Assembly (NCBI RefSeq): GCF_024223415.1
Contig: NZ_CP100504.1
DNA from: Escherichia coli
Lineage (GTDB): Bacteria; Pseudomonadota; Gammaproteobacteria; Enterobacterales; Enterobacteriaceae
Reading direction: 5' to 3' (one strand)
DNA length: 63,428 nt
The position numbers and the translations under genes are program-made. The notes beneath the pieces are model-generated. The model was not told the DNA's origin, did no database searches, and saw only the letters and a list, made by a program, of their open reading frames with translations. Shown here one piece after another: positions 1 through 9,910 of this stretch (position 1 is its first letter; each line of letters opens with the position of its first letter).

Positions 1-858
1 GTGACTGATCTTCAACAAACGTATTACCGCCAGGTAAAGAACCCGAATCCGGTGTTCACACCCCGTGAAGGTGCCGGAACGCTGAAGTTTTGCGAAAAAC
101 TGATGGAAAAGGCGGTGGGCTTCACCTCCCGTTTTGATTTCGCCATTCATGTGGCACACGCCCGTTCGCGTGGTCTGCGCCGGCGCATGCCGCCGGTACT
201 GCGTCGACGGGCCATTGATGCGCTGCTGCAGGGGCTGTGTTTCCACTATGACCCGCTGGCCAACCGCGTCCAGTGCTCCATCACCACACTGGCCATTGAG
301 TGCGGACTGGCGACGGAGTCTGCTGCCGGAAAACTCTCTATCACCCGTGCCACCCGCGCCCTGACGTTCCTCGCAGAGCTGGGCCTGATTACCTACCAGA
401 CGGAATATGACCCGCTTATCGGGTGCTACATTCCGACCGACATCACGTTCACACCGGCACTGTTTGCCGCTCTCGATGTGTCTGAGGTGGCGGTGGCAGC
501 TGCGCGCCGCAGTCGTGTGGAATGGGAAAACAGACAGCGCAAGAAGCAGGGACTGGATGCACTGGGTATGGATGAACTGATAGCGAAAGCCTGGCGTTTT
601 GTGCGTGAGCGTTTCCGCAGTTACCAGACAGAGCTTAAGTCCCGGGGAATAAAGCGTGCCCGTGCGCGTCGTGATGCGGACAGGGAACGTCAGGATATTG
701 TCACCCTGGTGAAACGGCAGCTGACGCGCGAAATCGCGGAAGGGCGCTTCACTGCTAATCGTGAGGCAGTAAAACGCGAAGTGGAGCGTCGTGTGAAGGA
801 GCGCATGATTCTGTCACGTAACCGTAATTACAGCCGGCTGGCCACAGCTTCCCCCTGA
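1..858 (+). CDS. repA1: IncFII replication initiator RepA1
   Basis: 285-aa ORF with GTG start at base 1; translation matches the RepA1 initiator of R100/R1-type plasmids; start overlaps the end of the tap leader peptide that begins at 63362. Confidence 0.9.
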   Translation: MTDLQQTYYRQVKNPNPVFTPREGAGTLKFCEKLMEKAVGFTSRFDFAIHVAHARSRGLRRRMPPVLRRRAIDALLQGLCFHYDPLANRVQCSITTLAIECGLATESAAGKLSITRATRALTFLAELGLITYQTEYDPLIGCYIPTDITFTPALFAALDVSEVAVAAARRSRVEWENRQRKKQGLDALGMDELIAKAWRFVRERFRSYQTELKSRGIKRARARRDADRERQDIVTLVKRQLTREIAEGRFTANREAVKREVERRVKERMILSRNRNYSRLATASP

Positions 859-879
859 AAGTGACCTCCTCAGAATAAT

Positions 880-1300
880 CCGGCCCGCGCCGGAGGCATT
901 CGCACGCCTGAAGCCCGTCAGTGCACAAAAAATCAGCACCACATACAAAAAACAACCTCACCATCCACCTTCTGGAGCATCCGCTTCCCCCTGTTTTTGA
1001 TGCAAAACACCTCTCACAGACGGGGAATTTTGCTTGTCCACATTTAACTGCAAGGGACTTCCCCATAAGGTTACAACCGTTCATTCCATAAAGCGCCAGC
1101 CGACAGCCTTACAGGGTGCAATGTATCTTTTAAACACCAGTTTATATCTCCTTTAAACTACCTAATTACATTCATTTAAAAAGAAAACCTGTTCACTGCC
1201 TGTCCTGTGGACAGACAGATAGCACCTCCCACCGCAAGCGGCGGGCCCCGACCGGAGCCATTTTAGTTACAACACTCAAATACAACCACCAGGAAAACCC
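880..1300. other. oriR region (vegetative origin, approximate)
   Basis: Non-coding stretch just downstream of repA1 with a DnaA-box-like ttgtccaca (~1035) and an AT-rich tract (~1128-1190); position as in R1/R100. Boundaries are approximate. Confidence 0.35.
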
Positions 1301-1457
1301 CGGTCCAGCGCAGAACCGAAACCACAAAGCCCCTCCCTCATAACTGAAAAGCGGCCCCGCTCCGGCCCAAAGGGCCGGAACAGAGTCGCTTTTAATTATG
1401 AATGTTGTAACTAAACATCATCATCGCTGTCAGTCTTCTCGCTGGAAGTATTAAGTA

Positions 1458-1495
1458 CACGCTCGTAAGCGGCCCTGACGGCCCGCTAACGCGGA
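1458..1495. repeat. ~32-bp direct repeat, left copy, flanking the TA module
   Basis: cacgctcgtaagcggccctgacggcccgcta recurs at 2627-2670 as ctcgctcgtaagcggccctgaaggctcgctta. Confidence 0.7.
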
Positions 1496-1926
1496 GATAC
1501 GCCCCGACTTCGGGTAAACCCTCGTCGGGACCACTCCGACCGCGCACAGAAGCTCTCTCATGGCTGAAAACGGGTATGGTCTGGCAGGGCAAGGGATGGG
1601 TAAGGTGAAATCTATCAATCAGTACCGGCTTACGCCGGGCTTCGGCGGTTTTACTCCGGTATCACATGTAACCACAGCGTGCCGCCTTACATGCCGCTGG
1701 CGCGGCATAAGCATATGTTGGTGGCTGTGTCTGAAAGGTTATATACTCTGCATAAAACCTGACAACACGCAGATTGCCAGGCAAATGAGCATTATGCATC
1801 CGGTTATCGCCTGCCTGTGAAACAATATCACCGGGGCGAATATCGATACTCTGACTCGTTATACCCATGCGTGCGGCATCAAAAAACCTGCAATTGCCCT
1901 TTATTGAATGAAAGGGGGAGTCAATT

Positions 1927-2190
1927 ATGAATAGCACCACACATTACGAAAACGCCAATTTCCTGCGCGAGCTGGCCGAAAGCCTGCCTCGTATTTTTCC
2001 AGAAGGCAGTACAGACAAGTCTGCACTATTGCAACGCCTCGCTAATGAAGAACTGGCACGGGCGGAATACGACGAACAGATCCGAGCGAAAGTTGCCGCT
2101 GCTCGCGCCGATAAGCGGCCGGGAATGAGTTCCGTGCAACTGCGCCAGCAACTACAGGGACGTTATCAGGAACTGCGCAATGAGTTATGA
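1927..2190 (+). CDS. putative antitoxin partnered with ParE/RelE-family toxin
   Basis: 87-aa ORF overlapping the downstream toxin ORF by 11 nt; small, helical-looking protein; classic type II TA arrangement. Confidence 0.55.
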   Translation: MNSTTHYENANFLRELAESLPRIFPEGSTDKSALLQRLANEELARAEYDEQIRAKVAAARADKRPGMSSVQLRQQLQGRYQELRNEL

Positions 2191-2479
2191 AATAGAATGG
2201 CGACCAGGTGCGATTGAGGATATAACGGCGTTGTTTGAATATCTGGCCGAGAATGCATCTCTTTGGGATGCAAGGAACGTGACAGAGCGTCTGATCACTG
2301 CAACCGATCGTCTGGCAGATTACCCCAGGCTGTATGAAACAGATGAACGCTATGGCGAAGGGGTTCGCCGTATTAGCTTACTTGGGCAGCATGTACTTTA
2401 TGAAGTGAATGATAAGGCCCGTCGTGTCAATATCCTGGCGGTTGTAGGCCAGCGTCAGAATCCCCGATTCATTCTTTGA
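2180..2479 (+). CDS. ParE/RelE-family toxin (plasmid stabilisation)
   Basis: 99-aa ORF with a ParE/RelE-like sequence pattern, translationally coupled to the upstream small ORF. Confidence 0.7.
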   Translation: MSYEIEWRPGAIEDITALFEYLAENASLWDARNVTERLITATDRLADYPRLYETDERYGEGVRRISLLGQHVLYEVNDKARRVNILAVVGQRQNPRFIL

Positions 2480-2626
2480 GTGCCCGGCTTGATGCGGGCT
2501 TACCAGGAATCACGGTTTGGGAGCCGCCTGGAGAAATGAAATTTTCCCATGCTAAGAGTATTGAGTTGAACTAGTAGAATTGACAATTCAAAAACTGAGA
2601 ACATGAAGAAACCCTATACGTCTGTC

Positions 2627-2670
2627 ATACTCGCTCGTAAGCGGCCCTGAAGGCTCGCTTACTCGACATC
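2627..2670. repeat. ~32-bp direct repeat, right copy, flanking the TA module
   Basis: Partner of the 1458-1495 repeat; lies just downstream of the ParE/RelE toxin gene. Confidence 0.7.
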
Positions 2671-2836
2671 CGTTAGTTATAACGTCAGAAGAATTATCGA
2701 GCTTTACTCAAGATCTTCTTCGTCAATCTCCAGCCATCCACGATAAGCTGACTCTGTATCTTTCACATCGTTTTGAGTCATATCAGCATTGCGTAGAAAA
2801 TTAAAAGCTGCCGCACAAAATTGATCTTCCAGGTAT

Positions 2837-3112
2837 TTGAAATACTCCAAACCTATATCCAGCCCCAGCTGCTTTGGCGAGAGAATATCAACTGAACTGG
2901 AGTTCGTCAGAAAAATCTGCCGGGCTGAAGGTGAAACTGAGGCTGATGACGATAAATTAGTGGATGAATTTCGTCGATTAGCTGAACACCCTGATGGTTC
3001 TGATCTTATTTATTATCCAAGGGATGACCGTGAGGACAGTCATGAAGGTATCGTAAAAGAAGTGAAGGAATGGCGAGCCAAAAACGGCAAGCCGGGGTTT
3101 AAACAGGGCTGA
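2837..3112 (+). CDS. colicin/pyocin DNase-type immunity protein (Im family), orphan
   Basis: C-terminal two thirds resemble Im2/Im7/Im9 immunity proteins (HPDGSDLIYYP ... EWRAKNGKPGFKQG); N-terminus atypical; no nuclease colicin gene in the window. Confidence 0.6.
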   Translation: MKYSKPISSPSCFGERISTELEFVRKICRAEGETEADDDKLVDEFRRLAEHPDGSDLIYYPRDDREDSHEGIVKEVKEWRAKNGKPGFKQG

Positions 3113-3164
3113 GGATCTTTGCTAAAGGATTAGCTGAAAATATGGATACCAGCTGTTCACTTCC

Positions 3165-3186
3165 AGAGCGGGCTGTTGCCCGCTCT
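3165..3186. terminator. stem-loop between convergent imm and MFS genes
   Basis: Perfect inverted repeat agagcgggc-tgtt-gcccgctct lying between the imm stop (3112) and the MFS stop (3190). Confidence 0.5.
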
Positions 3187-3189
3187 GCG

Positions 3190-4422
3190 TCATGTTGCCG
3201 CCAGCGGGCGACAGATCGCCCGCAGGGCGACGGCGCTGCACAGCGGAAACAGCGCCAGCAGAAGCCAGGGATAAACCGCCTGCGGCGACGGAATGAGCGC
3301 CTGGTCAAGTAAATGACCGAGCAGTAAATTCCCGGCTAACACCGCGCACCCTCCTGCGGTGGCGAGCGCTCCGTAGTGGGCGCCCAGCGTCGACTCCTCG
3401 GCGAACAGCGGGATCAGATCCTTGGCTGCGGGCACTAACAGCATCTGGCCGAGGGTGAGCAGCGTGACAAAACCAGCCGCCGGCATTAACCGCAGCCAAC
3501 TTTCGGCGGGTGGGGCGGCGGCGAATAACGCCACGCTGGCAAAGGAAGCCGACAGCAGCAGAAAGCCCACCGGCAGGATGCGCACGGCGCCCATTCGCCG
3601 GGCGAAGCGGGCGAGAGGGAGCTGGAGGGTGATAATCAACAGCGAGGCCAGCATAAAGAGCGGCGCCAGATCCTGCTCGCGGCCGCCGGAACGTTGGATC
3701 TCCACCGGCAGAGCGAGGTAGAGTTGGTTGTAGCTCAACAGCCATGAGCTGTAGGCGAGAATAAACGCGACAAAGCGCGGCTGGCGCAAAGGCGTCCACC
3801 ATGGGACTCGTCTGCGCGTTGTTGTCGTGTGCCCGTCGGCGGGCAGACCGAAAAAGAGCACCGCCAGCGCCAGAAGAAATATTCCCGCGCCGGCGAGGGC
3901 GATATGTCGAAAGCCGATCCCGCTCAGCACGCCTCCGGCCACCGGGCCGATCACCGCTCCCAGTTCACCGCATACCGCAAACAGCGCAAACCACTCGGCG
4001 CGGCTGCGTTTCCCGTTGGCCTGGCTGTGGGTACCGGCCCGCGCCAGCAGGGCCTCTATCGACGGGGAGAACAGGGCGCCGCCGACGCCGGTCAGGCAGG
4101 CGCCAAGGATAATGGCCCACAGCGACGCCCCGCACGCCAGCAGGAGAAAACCGGCGACGCGAACGACGCAGCCGGCGAGAATGATCGCCTTAGCGCCATA
4201 GCGGTCGGCCAGCGTCCCGCCGAGGATAAACATCCCCTGTTGGGAGAAGGTACGCAGCCCGAGGATCAGGCCGATAAGTCCGCCTGAGAGCAGCATGTCG
4301 TCGCGCAGGAAGAGGGCGAGGAAAGGTACGACCGCGTAAAAGCCAATATTAAAAACGAACTGGCTTCCCAGTAACACCGGAGGCCAGAGGGTTGCCGCAG
4401 GGCGCAGGGAGAAAAGAGGCAT
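3190..4422 (-). CDS. eitD: MFS transporter, EitD-like
   Basis: Multi-pass membrane protein; likely start is the internal Met (MPLFSL) 12 nt after the upstream ATPase stop; last gene of a four-gene operon in eitABCD order. Confidence 0.55.
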   Translation of the reverse strand: MPLFSLRPAATLWPPVLLGSQFVFNIGFYAVVPFLALFLRDDMLLSGGLIGLILGLRTFSQQGMFILGGTLADRYGAKAIILAGCVVRVAGFLLLACGASLWAIILGACLTGVGGALFSPSIEALLARAGTHSQANGKRSRAEWFALFAVCGELGAVIGPVAGGVLSGIGFRHIALAGAGIFLLALAVLFFGLPADGHTTTTRRRVPWWTPLRQPRFVAFILAYSSWLLSYNQLYLALPVEIQRSGGREQDLAPLFMLASLLIITLQLPLARFARRMGAVRILPVGFLLLSASFASVALFAAAPPAESWLRLMPAAGFVTLLTLGQMLLVPAAKDLIPLFAEESTLGAHYGALATAGGCAVLAGNLLLGHLLDQALIPSPQAVYPWLLLALFPLCSAVALRAICRPLAAT

Positions 4423-4433
4423 ATCCGCCCAAC

Positions 4434-5198
4434 CTAAACGATGAAATGAATGTGCTTTTTGCCGTGGTAAGGGGAGATCTCGATTTTGGTTTTCACCCGG
4501 AAAACGTCCCACAGCAGCGCTTCGGACAAAATCTCCTCCGGCGTCCCGCTGGCGAGGATCTGCCCCTGCTGCATCACGATCAGCGAATCGCAGAACATCG
4601 CGGCATGGTTAAGATCGTGAATGGCCACAATGCTGGTTACCGGCAGCTCGCTGATCAACTGCATTAACTGCATCTGATGGTGTATATCCAGATGGTTGGT
4701 CGGCTCATCCAGCAGGATTTCGCTCGGGCTCTGCGCCAGCGCGCGGGCGATATGCACCCGCTGCCGCTCGCCGCCGGAGAGGCTTAACCATCCCTGTTCG
4801 CTTTTCTCCAGCATAGCTACCCGCTGCAGCGCGGCGGCAATCGCTTCGTCATCCTGAGCGCTCCAGTTTGAGAACGGAGAGTGGTGGGGAATGCGTCCCA
4901 GGCGCACGACGTCGCGCACCCGCATATTGGCCTCGGTCATGCCGTGTTGCTCGACGCAAGCCACGCGGCGGGCGAGCTGCTTTTTCGCCATCCGGGCGAT
5001 ATCCTGGCCGTCGAGGGTGACGCGACCTGCATCCGGGCGGCGCAGGCCCGCCAGAACGCGCAGCAGCGAGGATTTGCCGCAGCCGTTGGGCCCCAGCAGT
5101 CCGACCGTTTCGCCGCGCGGCACCCGCAGCGAGACATTATTGACGATGACCTTTTTGCCTGCCTTCCAGGTGATATTTTCAGCGCAAATACTCATCAC
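4434..5198 (-). CDS. eitC: ABC transporter ATP-binding protein (iron-siderophore type), EitC-like
   Basis: 254 aa with Walker A GPNGCGKSS, ABC signature LSGGERQR and Walker B LLDEP. Confidence 0.6.
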   Translation of the reverse strand: MMSICAENITWKAGKKVIVNNVSLRVPRGETVGLLGPNGCGKSSLLRVLAGLRRPDAGRVTLDGQDIARMAKKQLARRVACVEQHGMTEANMRVRDVVRLGRIPHHSPFSNWSAQDDEAIAAALQRVAMLEKSEQGWLSLSGGERQRVHIARALAQSPSEILLDEPTNHLDIHHQMQLMQLISELPVTSIVAIHDLNHAAMFCDSLIVMQQGQILASGTPEEILSEALLWDVFRVKTKIEISPYHGKKHIHFIV

Positions 5199-6232
5199 TT
5201 ATTCCTTGAGCGGTAGATAATCACGGCAAAGAAAGGCACCCCAACCAGGGCGGTTACTACCCCAACGGGCAGACTTTGCGGGGCAATCAGCAGGCGCGAC
5301 GCAATGTCCGCCAGTACCATCAATATCGCCCCTGCCAGCGCGCTGGCGATCAGCAACGTTCGGTGCAGCGGGCCAAAGAAGAAACGCATCACGTGCGGCA
5401 CCACCAGGCCAACAAAGCCGATTGAGCCGGCCATGCTGACGATGGTGGCGGTGATCAGCGCCGCAGTGGTGAAGAGGATCAGGCGCACGCGCGGCACAGC
5501 AATCCCCAGCGAGGCGGCGGCATCGTCGCCGAAGGTGAACGCGTCCAGCGCCCGGGCATACCACAGGCAGACCGCCAGACCCGCGAGCACCACCACGATG
5601 ACCAACTGGAATTCGGGCCAGCGGACGCCGCTGAAGCTGCCCAGCAGCCAGAACATCACATCGCGCGCCTGCTGCGCGCTGGCGGTGGTGCTGATGGTAT
5701 AGGCCGTGATGGCGTTAAATAACTGCGAGGCGGCGACGCCCGCAAGAATCGTACGCTCATTGCCGCCGCGCGCGCCGTTAGTCAGCAAGGCGACAAAGGC
5801 GAAGGCGGCGAAGGCCCCGGCAAAGGCGCCTGCCGAGAGGGAAATTGCGCCAGAGCCAAGGCCCAGCACCACGATCGACACCGCGCCGGTGGAGGCCCCG
5901 GCGGAGACGCCGAGGACGTAGGGTTCGGCGAGGGCATTCTTCAGCAAGCTTTGCAGCACGACACCGCAGATAGCGAGGCCGGCGCCGCAGCAGGCGGCGA
6001 CCAGCGCGCGGCTGAGGCGGAAATCCCAGATAACGCTCTCATAGATATGGTTGAGCGGCTCAGCGGTTAAGCCGGTTCTGTTGCTGATAGCATAAAAGAC
6101 ATTCTGCAGCGGGATGGCCAGCTCGCCAACGCTGACGCCCACAGCGATCACCAGCGCCAGCACGATCGCTGCCAGTATACACCAGCCGGTGAGCAGTATG
6201 CTGCGGCACGTCTCAATCGCGCCGACGCTCAT
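5195..6232 (-). CDS. eitB: ABC transporter permease (FecCD family), EitB-like
   Basis: 345-aa polytopic membrane protein; stop and start overlap the flanking operon genes. Confidence 0.6.
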   Translation of the reverse strand: MSVGAIETCRSILLTGWCILAAIVLALVIAVGVSVGELAIPLQNVFYAISNRTGLTAEPLNHIYESVIWDFRLSRALVAACCGAGLAICGVVLQSLLKNALAEPYVLGVSAGASTGAVSIVVLGLGSGAISLSAGAFAGAFAAFAFVALLTNGARGGNERTILAGVAASQLFNAITAYTISTTASAQQARDVMFWLLGSFSGVRWPEFQLVIVVVLAGLAVCLWYARALDAFTFGDDAAASLGIAVPRVRLILFTTAALITATIVSMAGSIGFVGLVVPHVMRFFFGPLHRTLLIASALAGAILMVLADIASRLLIAPQSLPVGVVTALVGVPFFAVIIYRSRNK

Positions 6233-7230
6233 CAGTTCAGCCCCATTTTTCTCAGCTGCTCGCCCACCTGCTCCGCGCCGTAAAGCGTGCGAATGGTCGG
6301 ATTCATCGCCTGACCGTCCATGACCACGATATGGCCTTTTTTCACCGCCTCCAGCTGGCTGACGGCGGGATCGCTTTTGAGGAATTTGATCTTCTCCTCG
6401 GCTTTATCCAGCGCCCAGCGGTTACGATCCAGGCTGGCGACCACGATCACATCCGGGTTGGCGGCAATAATGCTCTCCCAGCTCACCGTGGGCCACTCGG
6501 TTTCGGAGGTAATCGCATTATGTCCGCCCAGCACGCTGGCGATAAATCCGGAGGCGCTGTTTTTGCCGCCGACATAGGCATCGGCCGAAGGTGAGGCGCT
6601 GGAGAACCAGAAGACGAAGGAGAGATCCTTTTTGCTTTTACCAAACTCCTGGCGCAGGTCGGCTTCACGTTTTTTGAAATCGGCAATCAGCGCCTGACCA
6701 CGATCTTCGACGTTGAAAATGCGGGAAAAATCGCTAATTTCCTGATACAGCCAGGTCATATCCCACAGCTTTTGCCGGCTGCCGTACATATCGCCGGTGG
6801 CCTTTTTGGTGGCGCATACCCCCGGTGAGAGGTAGCTGTTCACGCCGACGGTGGCGAGATCTTCACGCCTGGCGACTTTGCTTTCCGGCCCCAGCAGCAG
6901 CGGCAACTGGGCGGGAACGAAATCAGGATTTTGCGCCAGCACCGATTCCAGGCTCGGAATTTCCACCGTCAAGGTTTTAATCTTCGCGTTTTGCTCAGCC
7001 AGCTGCGGTAAAACGCTGTTCGGCCAGAAGGCGCTGGCGACCACCTGCTTTTGCAGCCCGAGCAGCAGCAGAATTTCGACCGTATTTTGCCCCAGCGCGA
7101 CCACGCGCTCCGGCGGCCGGGTGAAGGTCTCCTGATAGCCGCAGTTTTCAATCGTCAGGGGGTAGGTTGTTGCCAGCGCGGAACTGACGGCGGTGAACAT
7201 CAAGCCTAACGCGCAAAGGATCTTCTTCAT
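6232..7230 (-). CDS. eitA: periplasmic substrate-binding protein, EitA-like
   Basis: 332 aa with an N-terminal signal peptide (MKKILCALGLMFTAVSSALA); first gene of the operon. Confidence 0.6.
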   Translation of the reverse strand: MKKILCALGLMFTAVSSALATTYPLTIENCGYQETFTRPPERVVALGQNTVEILLLLGLQKQVVASAFWPNSVLPQLAEQNAKIKTLTVEIPSLESVLAQNPDFVPAQLPLLLGPESKVARREDLATVGVNSYLSPGVCATKKATGDMYGSRQKLWDMTWLYQEISDFSRIFNVEDRGQALIADFKKREADLRQEFGKSKKDLSFVFWFSSASPSADAYVGGKNSASGFIASVLGGHNAITSETEWPTVSWESIIAANPDVIVVASLDRNRWALDKAEEKIKFLKSDPAVSQLEAVKKGHIVVMDGQAMNPTIRTLYGAEQVGEQLRKMGLN

Positions 7231-7283
7231 TAAACGCTATCCTTGTAAACAGGCGAGTGGATGACCAGCAAATGGGAGTAATG

Positions 7284-7304
7284 CAAATGAAACTCATTAT
7301 TATC
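7284..7304 (-). promoter_or_regulatory. Fur-box-like sequence upstream of the eit-like operon
   Basis: Minus strand reads gataataatgagtttcatt about 55 bp upstream of the binding-protein start; partial match to the Fur consensus GATAATGATAATCATTATC. Confidence 0.3.
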
Positions 7305-7382
7305 GCGGGGTTTTATACAATGCCATATTTACAGTGTCAATGTGTTCTTGCCCCCTTATTTCCAGACAGGGGTTGTATCTTA

Positions 7383-7535
7383 AGTTAATGTTACCCGCTG
7401 ACGTCGATATTCTCGCGGAGAGCGATAACCCAACGCACTGTGCGGATGGTTTTCATTGTAATGTTCGATCGCCACTGCAAGATTATGCAATGCCGTTCTT
7501 ACATTCGGTTTCGGCATGAACGCGATGTAGTCTTC
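7383..7535 (-). mobile_element. IS transposase C-terminal remnant (DDE integrase core end)
   Basis: Minus-strand frame reads ...[46 protein letters not shown], typical of the C-terminus of IS3-family-like transposases; no upstream part present. Confidence 0.45.
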
Positions 7536-7587
7536 CTTGGGGTCCGCTTGGAAAACGGAAAATATCCCACGCTAAGACTATTTTCTA

Positions 7588-7790
7588 TACAGTAACAGTT
7601 TGCTGTTTCGCTCTAACTCTCAGAATTGTTTGCCGTGTGGTTCGGAATTCCCTGGCAATAGCACTTATACTTGCCCCAGACTTAATGCGTTCGAGTACCT
7701 TCTGTTTTTGTTCTTCATTTAATACCGGTGGGCGACCAAAACGTTTTCCTGCATCCCGTGCTCTTGCTATCCCTGAATAAGTTCGTTCAA
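7588..7790 (-). pseudogene. serine recombinase (resolvase/invertase) C-terminal remnant
   Basis: Minus-strand frame reads [43 protein letters not shown]... (HTH tail of resolvase/Hin-like proteins); upstream part is in another frame and degenerate. Confidence 0.4.
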
Positions 7791-8031
7791 GTAAAAGATC
7801 TCGTTCAAATTCAGCGACCGCTGAAATCTGGTGTTCTCGGTGTTTCTGTGACTGGTGGCAATATCGCGCTCCGGGCTGGAAAACAACCCATCAAAAACGT
7901 TATTGCCAGACATTGCGAACTCACCAGGTTTGATTATTGGTACTGTTTTTTTATAAGTGCCGTGAAATAATTTCATAATAACGACACTGTATTTATTTTA
8001 TGTAATCATTGCTAATGAAATAACTTGATTA

Positions 8032-8070
8032 AGTTCCCTTTATCCAGCCTGATAGTGGATAAAGGGAACT
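8032..8070. terminator. 14-bp perfect inverted repeat downstream of parR
   Basis: agttccctttatcc-(11 nt)-ggataaagggaact just 3' of the parR stop on the minus strand; terminator or recombination-site remnant. Confidence 0.45.
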
Positions 8071-8084
8071 CAATAATAATTGAA

Positions 8085-8438
8085 TTAATTTATTAGCTTC
8101 ATCGCATTTTTTTTGGTCTCTTCATCACTTTTTTGCTCTTGTTGTGAAGAGGATTGAGTGACTATTGAAGAATTAAAATCGGCCATCTCTTTTGGAAATA
8201 GCGATCTCAATATATTCACGATATCTGAAAATGTGGTTTCTTTCGTCAGCAATTCACATAAAAGGAAAGGGGCCCTGGGATCTTGTCTGTATAAGGCCAG
8301 ACCTGCCGTCAGTGCAGCCCGGTTAAGGCGGCTGCGTTCCCCTTGCGGGATACTGTCCAGTGTATCACAAACAATTTTATCTGTTTGATTTACATCTGGA
8401 TTTAGCTTAAAGGCAATGGTTCTGCGCTTGTCCATCAT
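8085..8438 (-). CDS. parR: partition protein ParR (StbB), centromere-binding adaptor
   Basis: 117-aa product matching R1 ParR ([43 protein letters not shown]...). Confidence 0.9.
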   Translation of the reverse strand: MMDKRRTIAFKLNPDVNQTDKIVCDTLDSIPQGERSRLNRAALTAGLALYRQDPRAPFLLCELLTKETTFSDIVNILRSLFPKEMADFNSSIVTQSSSQQEQKSDEETKKNAMKLIN

Positions 8439-9400
8439 TAATTACCTATGAGATACATACCGTTAACTAAATCATATTGAGAGTTATTGGTTTTAAAAAA
8501 ACGTTCATCACGAATCTGTGTGTGTTTTTTTACTGCATCGCATATTAATTCTGCGCCACCACCTATAACCATAACATGAGTATAACCAGAAAATTCATTG
8601 AGTGTATTTAATACACGTTGCTCAAGTTTACGAAGTGCTTCATTCATTGCTTCGGTGACTATTGATATTTTGTTCTCATCATTAATTCGTTGCTTCAGAT
8701 AGTTATTATCTTTTCTGTGAATAATTATATCGTCAGCAAGATAGCTACTTCCTTTTGTTCTCGCAAGAGAAAGGGCATCTTTTACTGCAGATGTGACCAG
8801 AGATACACCAAGAGATGAGTCTCCGTATATTTTACTGATCCCCGATAATTTCCCCATTACCTGAGAAATATCTAATGTGGTGCCCCCGAGATCTATAATT
8901 AATAAAGAATCTAACTCATCCAGTTCTTGTAGAACTTCATAACCTGCCGGTATAGATTCAGGCATGACTTTTACATCTTTTATTGTGAATGTATCCCCAC
9001 CATTTAATGTAATTTTTTTCCGGAAGTTTGCTTTCTTACGCTCAATATTTTCCGTATTGGGTTGGTTATTCCTGTCGTAATACTCTGTCAGAGGAAGTGT
9101 GCAAACAATATCCACTTCGCTTACCGGCAGACCACTGGTCAGTAAGGCGTGGTGCACCGCAACGACATTAACGTCGCTGTATTGCCATGCGATATTGGTT
9201 GTGACTACAGCATCCGGGCTGATTGGATCAAATGAATACTGTTCGCTGTTCAGTGTGTAGTTAAAGACCTTTTTATCACCAAAAGAAACTGCCCACTCGC
9301 GTTTGAAGCTGTTCGGGCTAATGTGCTGTTTAATTGTTCCGTCGCTTTCCTGCCACTGTAGTTTGATGTTTGTTGAACCGTCATCAATGAATACCAACAT
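8438..9400 (-). CDS. parM: actin-like partition ATPase ParM (StbA)
   Basis: 320-aa product matching R1 ParM ([21 protein letters not shown]...). Confidence 0.9.
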   Translation of the reverse strand: MLVFIDDGSTNIKLQWQESDGTIKQHISPNSFKREWAVSFGDKKVFNYTLNSEQYSFDPISPDAVVTTNIAWQYSDVNVVAVHHALLTSGLPVSEVDIVCTLPLTEYYDRNNQPNTENIERKKANFRKKITLNGGDTFTIKDVKVMPESIPAGYEVLQELDELDSLLIIDLGGTTLDISQVMGKLSGISKIYGDSSLGVSLVTSAVKDALSLARTKGSSYLADDIIIHRKDNNYLKQRINDENKISIVTEAMNEALRKLEQRVLNTLNEFSGYTHVMVIGGGAELICDAVKKHTQIRDERFFKTNNSQYDLVNGMYLIGN

Positions 9401-9565
9401 TTATAAAACTCCTTATGGTGTTTTTTTGGTGTTTGTTTGGGTGTTTTTTGGATTTTAAGTGGGTTTATTTGTCAAGTTTACCCCATTTTAACTATCAATC
9501 AATGATTATTTGTCTTGTTTTGGTGTTTTATTGGGTTTAGTGTGGGTTGTTTTTGGGTTTTGTTT
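9401..9565. other. parC centromere and promoter region
   Basis: G/T-rich iterated short repeats (ttttggtgttt, gtttgggtgtt and similar) on both sides of a promoter-like core directly upstream of parM. Confidence 0.6.
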
Positions 9566-9910
9566 GGCGGATAACAAAAGATGTCGCCGGGCTCCTCTTT
9601 TTACTGCGCCGGCTGACGCGGCGCGGCAGGAACGCTGCCTGTGGTCAGTGTCCCGCGTCCGGCCGGGCACGGGACGGGCGCTTTTACCGCTCCCGGCTGG
9701 CGTCGGTGACAGTGTACGCCAGCCCGTCGCCCTTTTCTGATGAGCGCCCTTCAAGCCGCTTTCGCGGCATAACCTTGCCGTCAGAAAGACGACGGCTGCG
9801 GTATTCCACGGTCGGCCTGACCCGTTACCGGGCGCGGTGAACAGCCCACAGGCAGCGGGGAACGGGCGCCACAGGGGCGCCCTCCCGATGCTCCTGTGAG
9901 GATAATTCCC

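Noticed and set aside
1560-1940. ORFs 1560-1820 (+) and 1662-1940 (-) between oriR and the TA module
   Set aside because: No convincing ribosome-binding sites or recognisable motifs; the region is more likely regulatory or structural.
2697-2960. Open reading frame antisense to the immunity gene
   Set aside because: It has no Met start giving a product of meaningful length and no ribosome-binding site; it is the open complementary frame of the immunity gene region.
3305-4287. Long ORFs on the opposite strand or in other frames inside the MFS gene (3305-3802, 3422-3721, 3801-4201, 3829-4287)
   Set aside because: They lie within a well-supported transporter gene in a GC-rich region where spurious open frames are common, and have no ribosome-binding sites or recognisable products.
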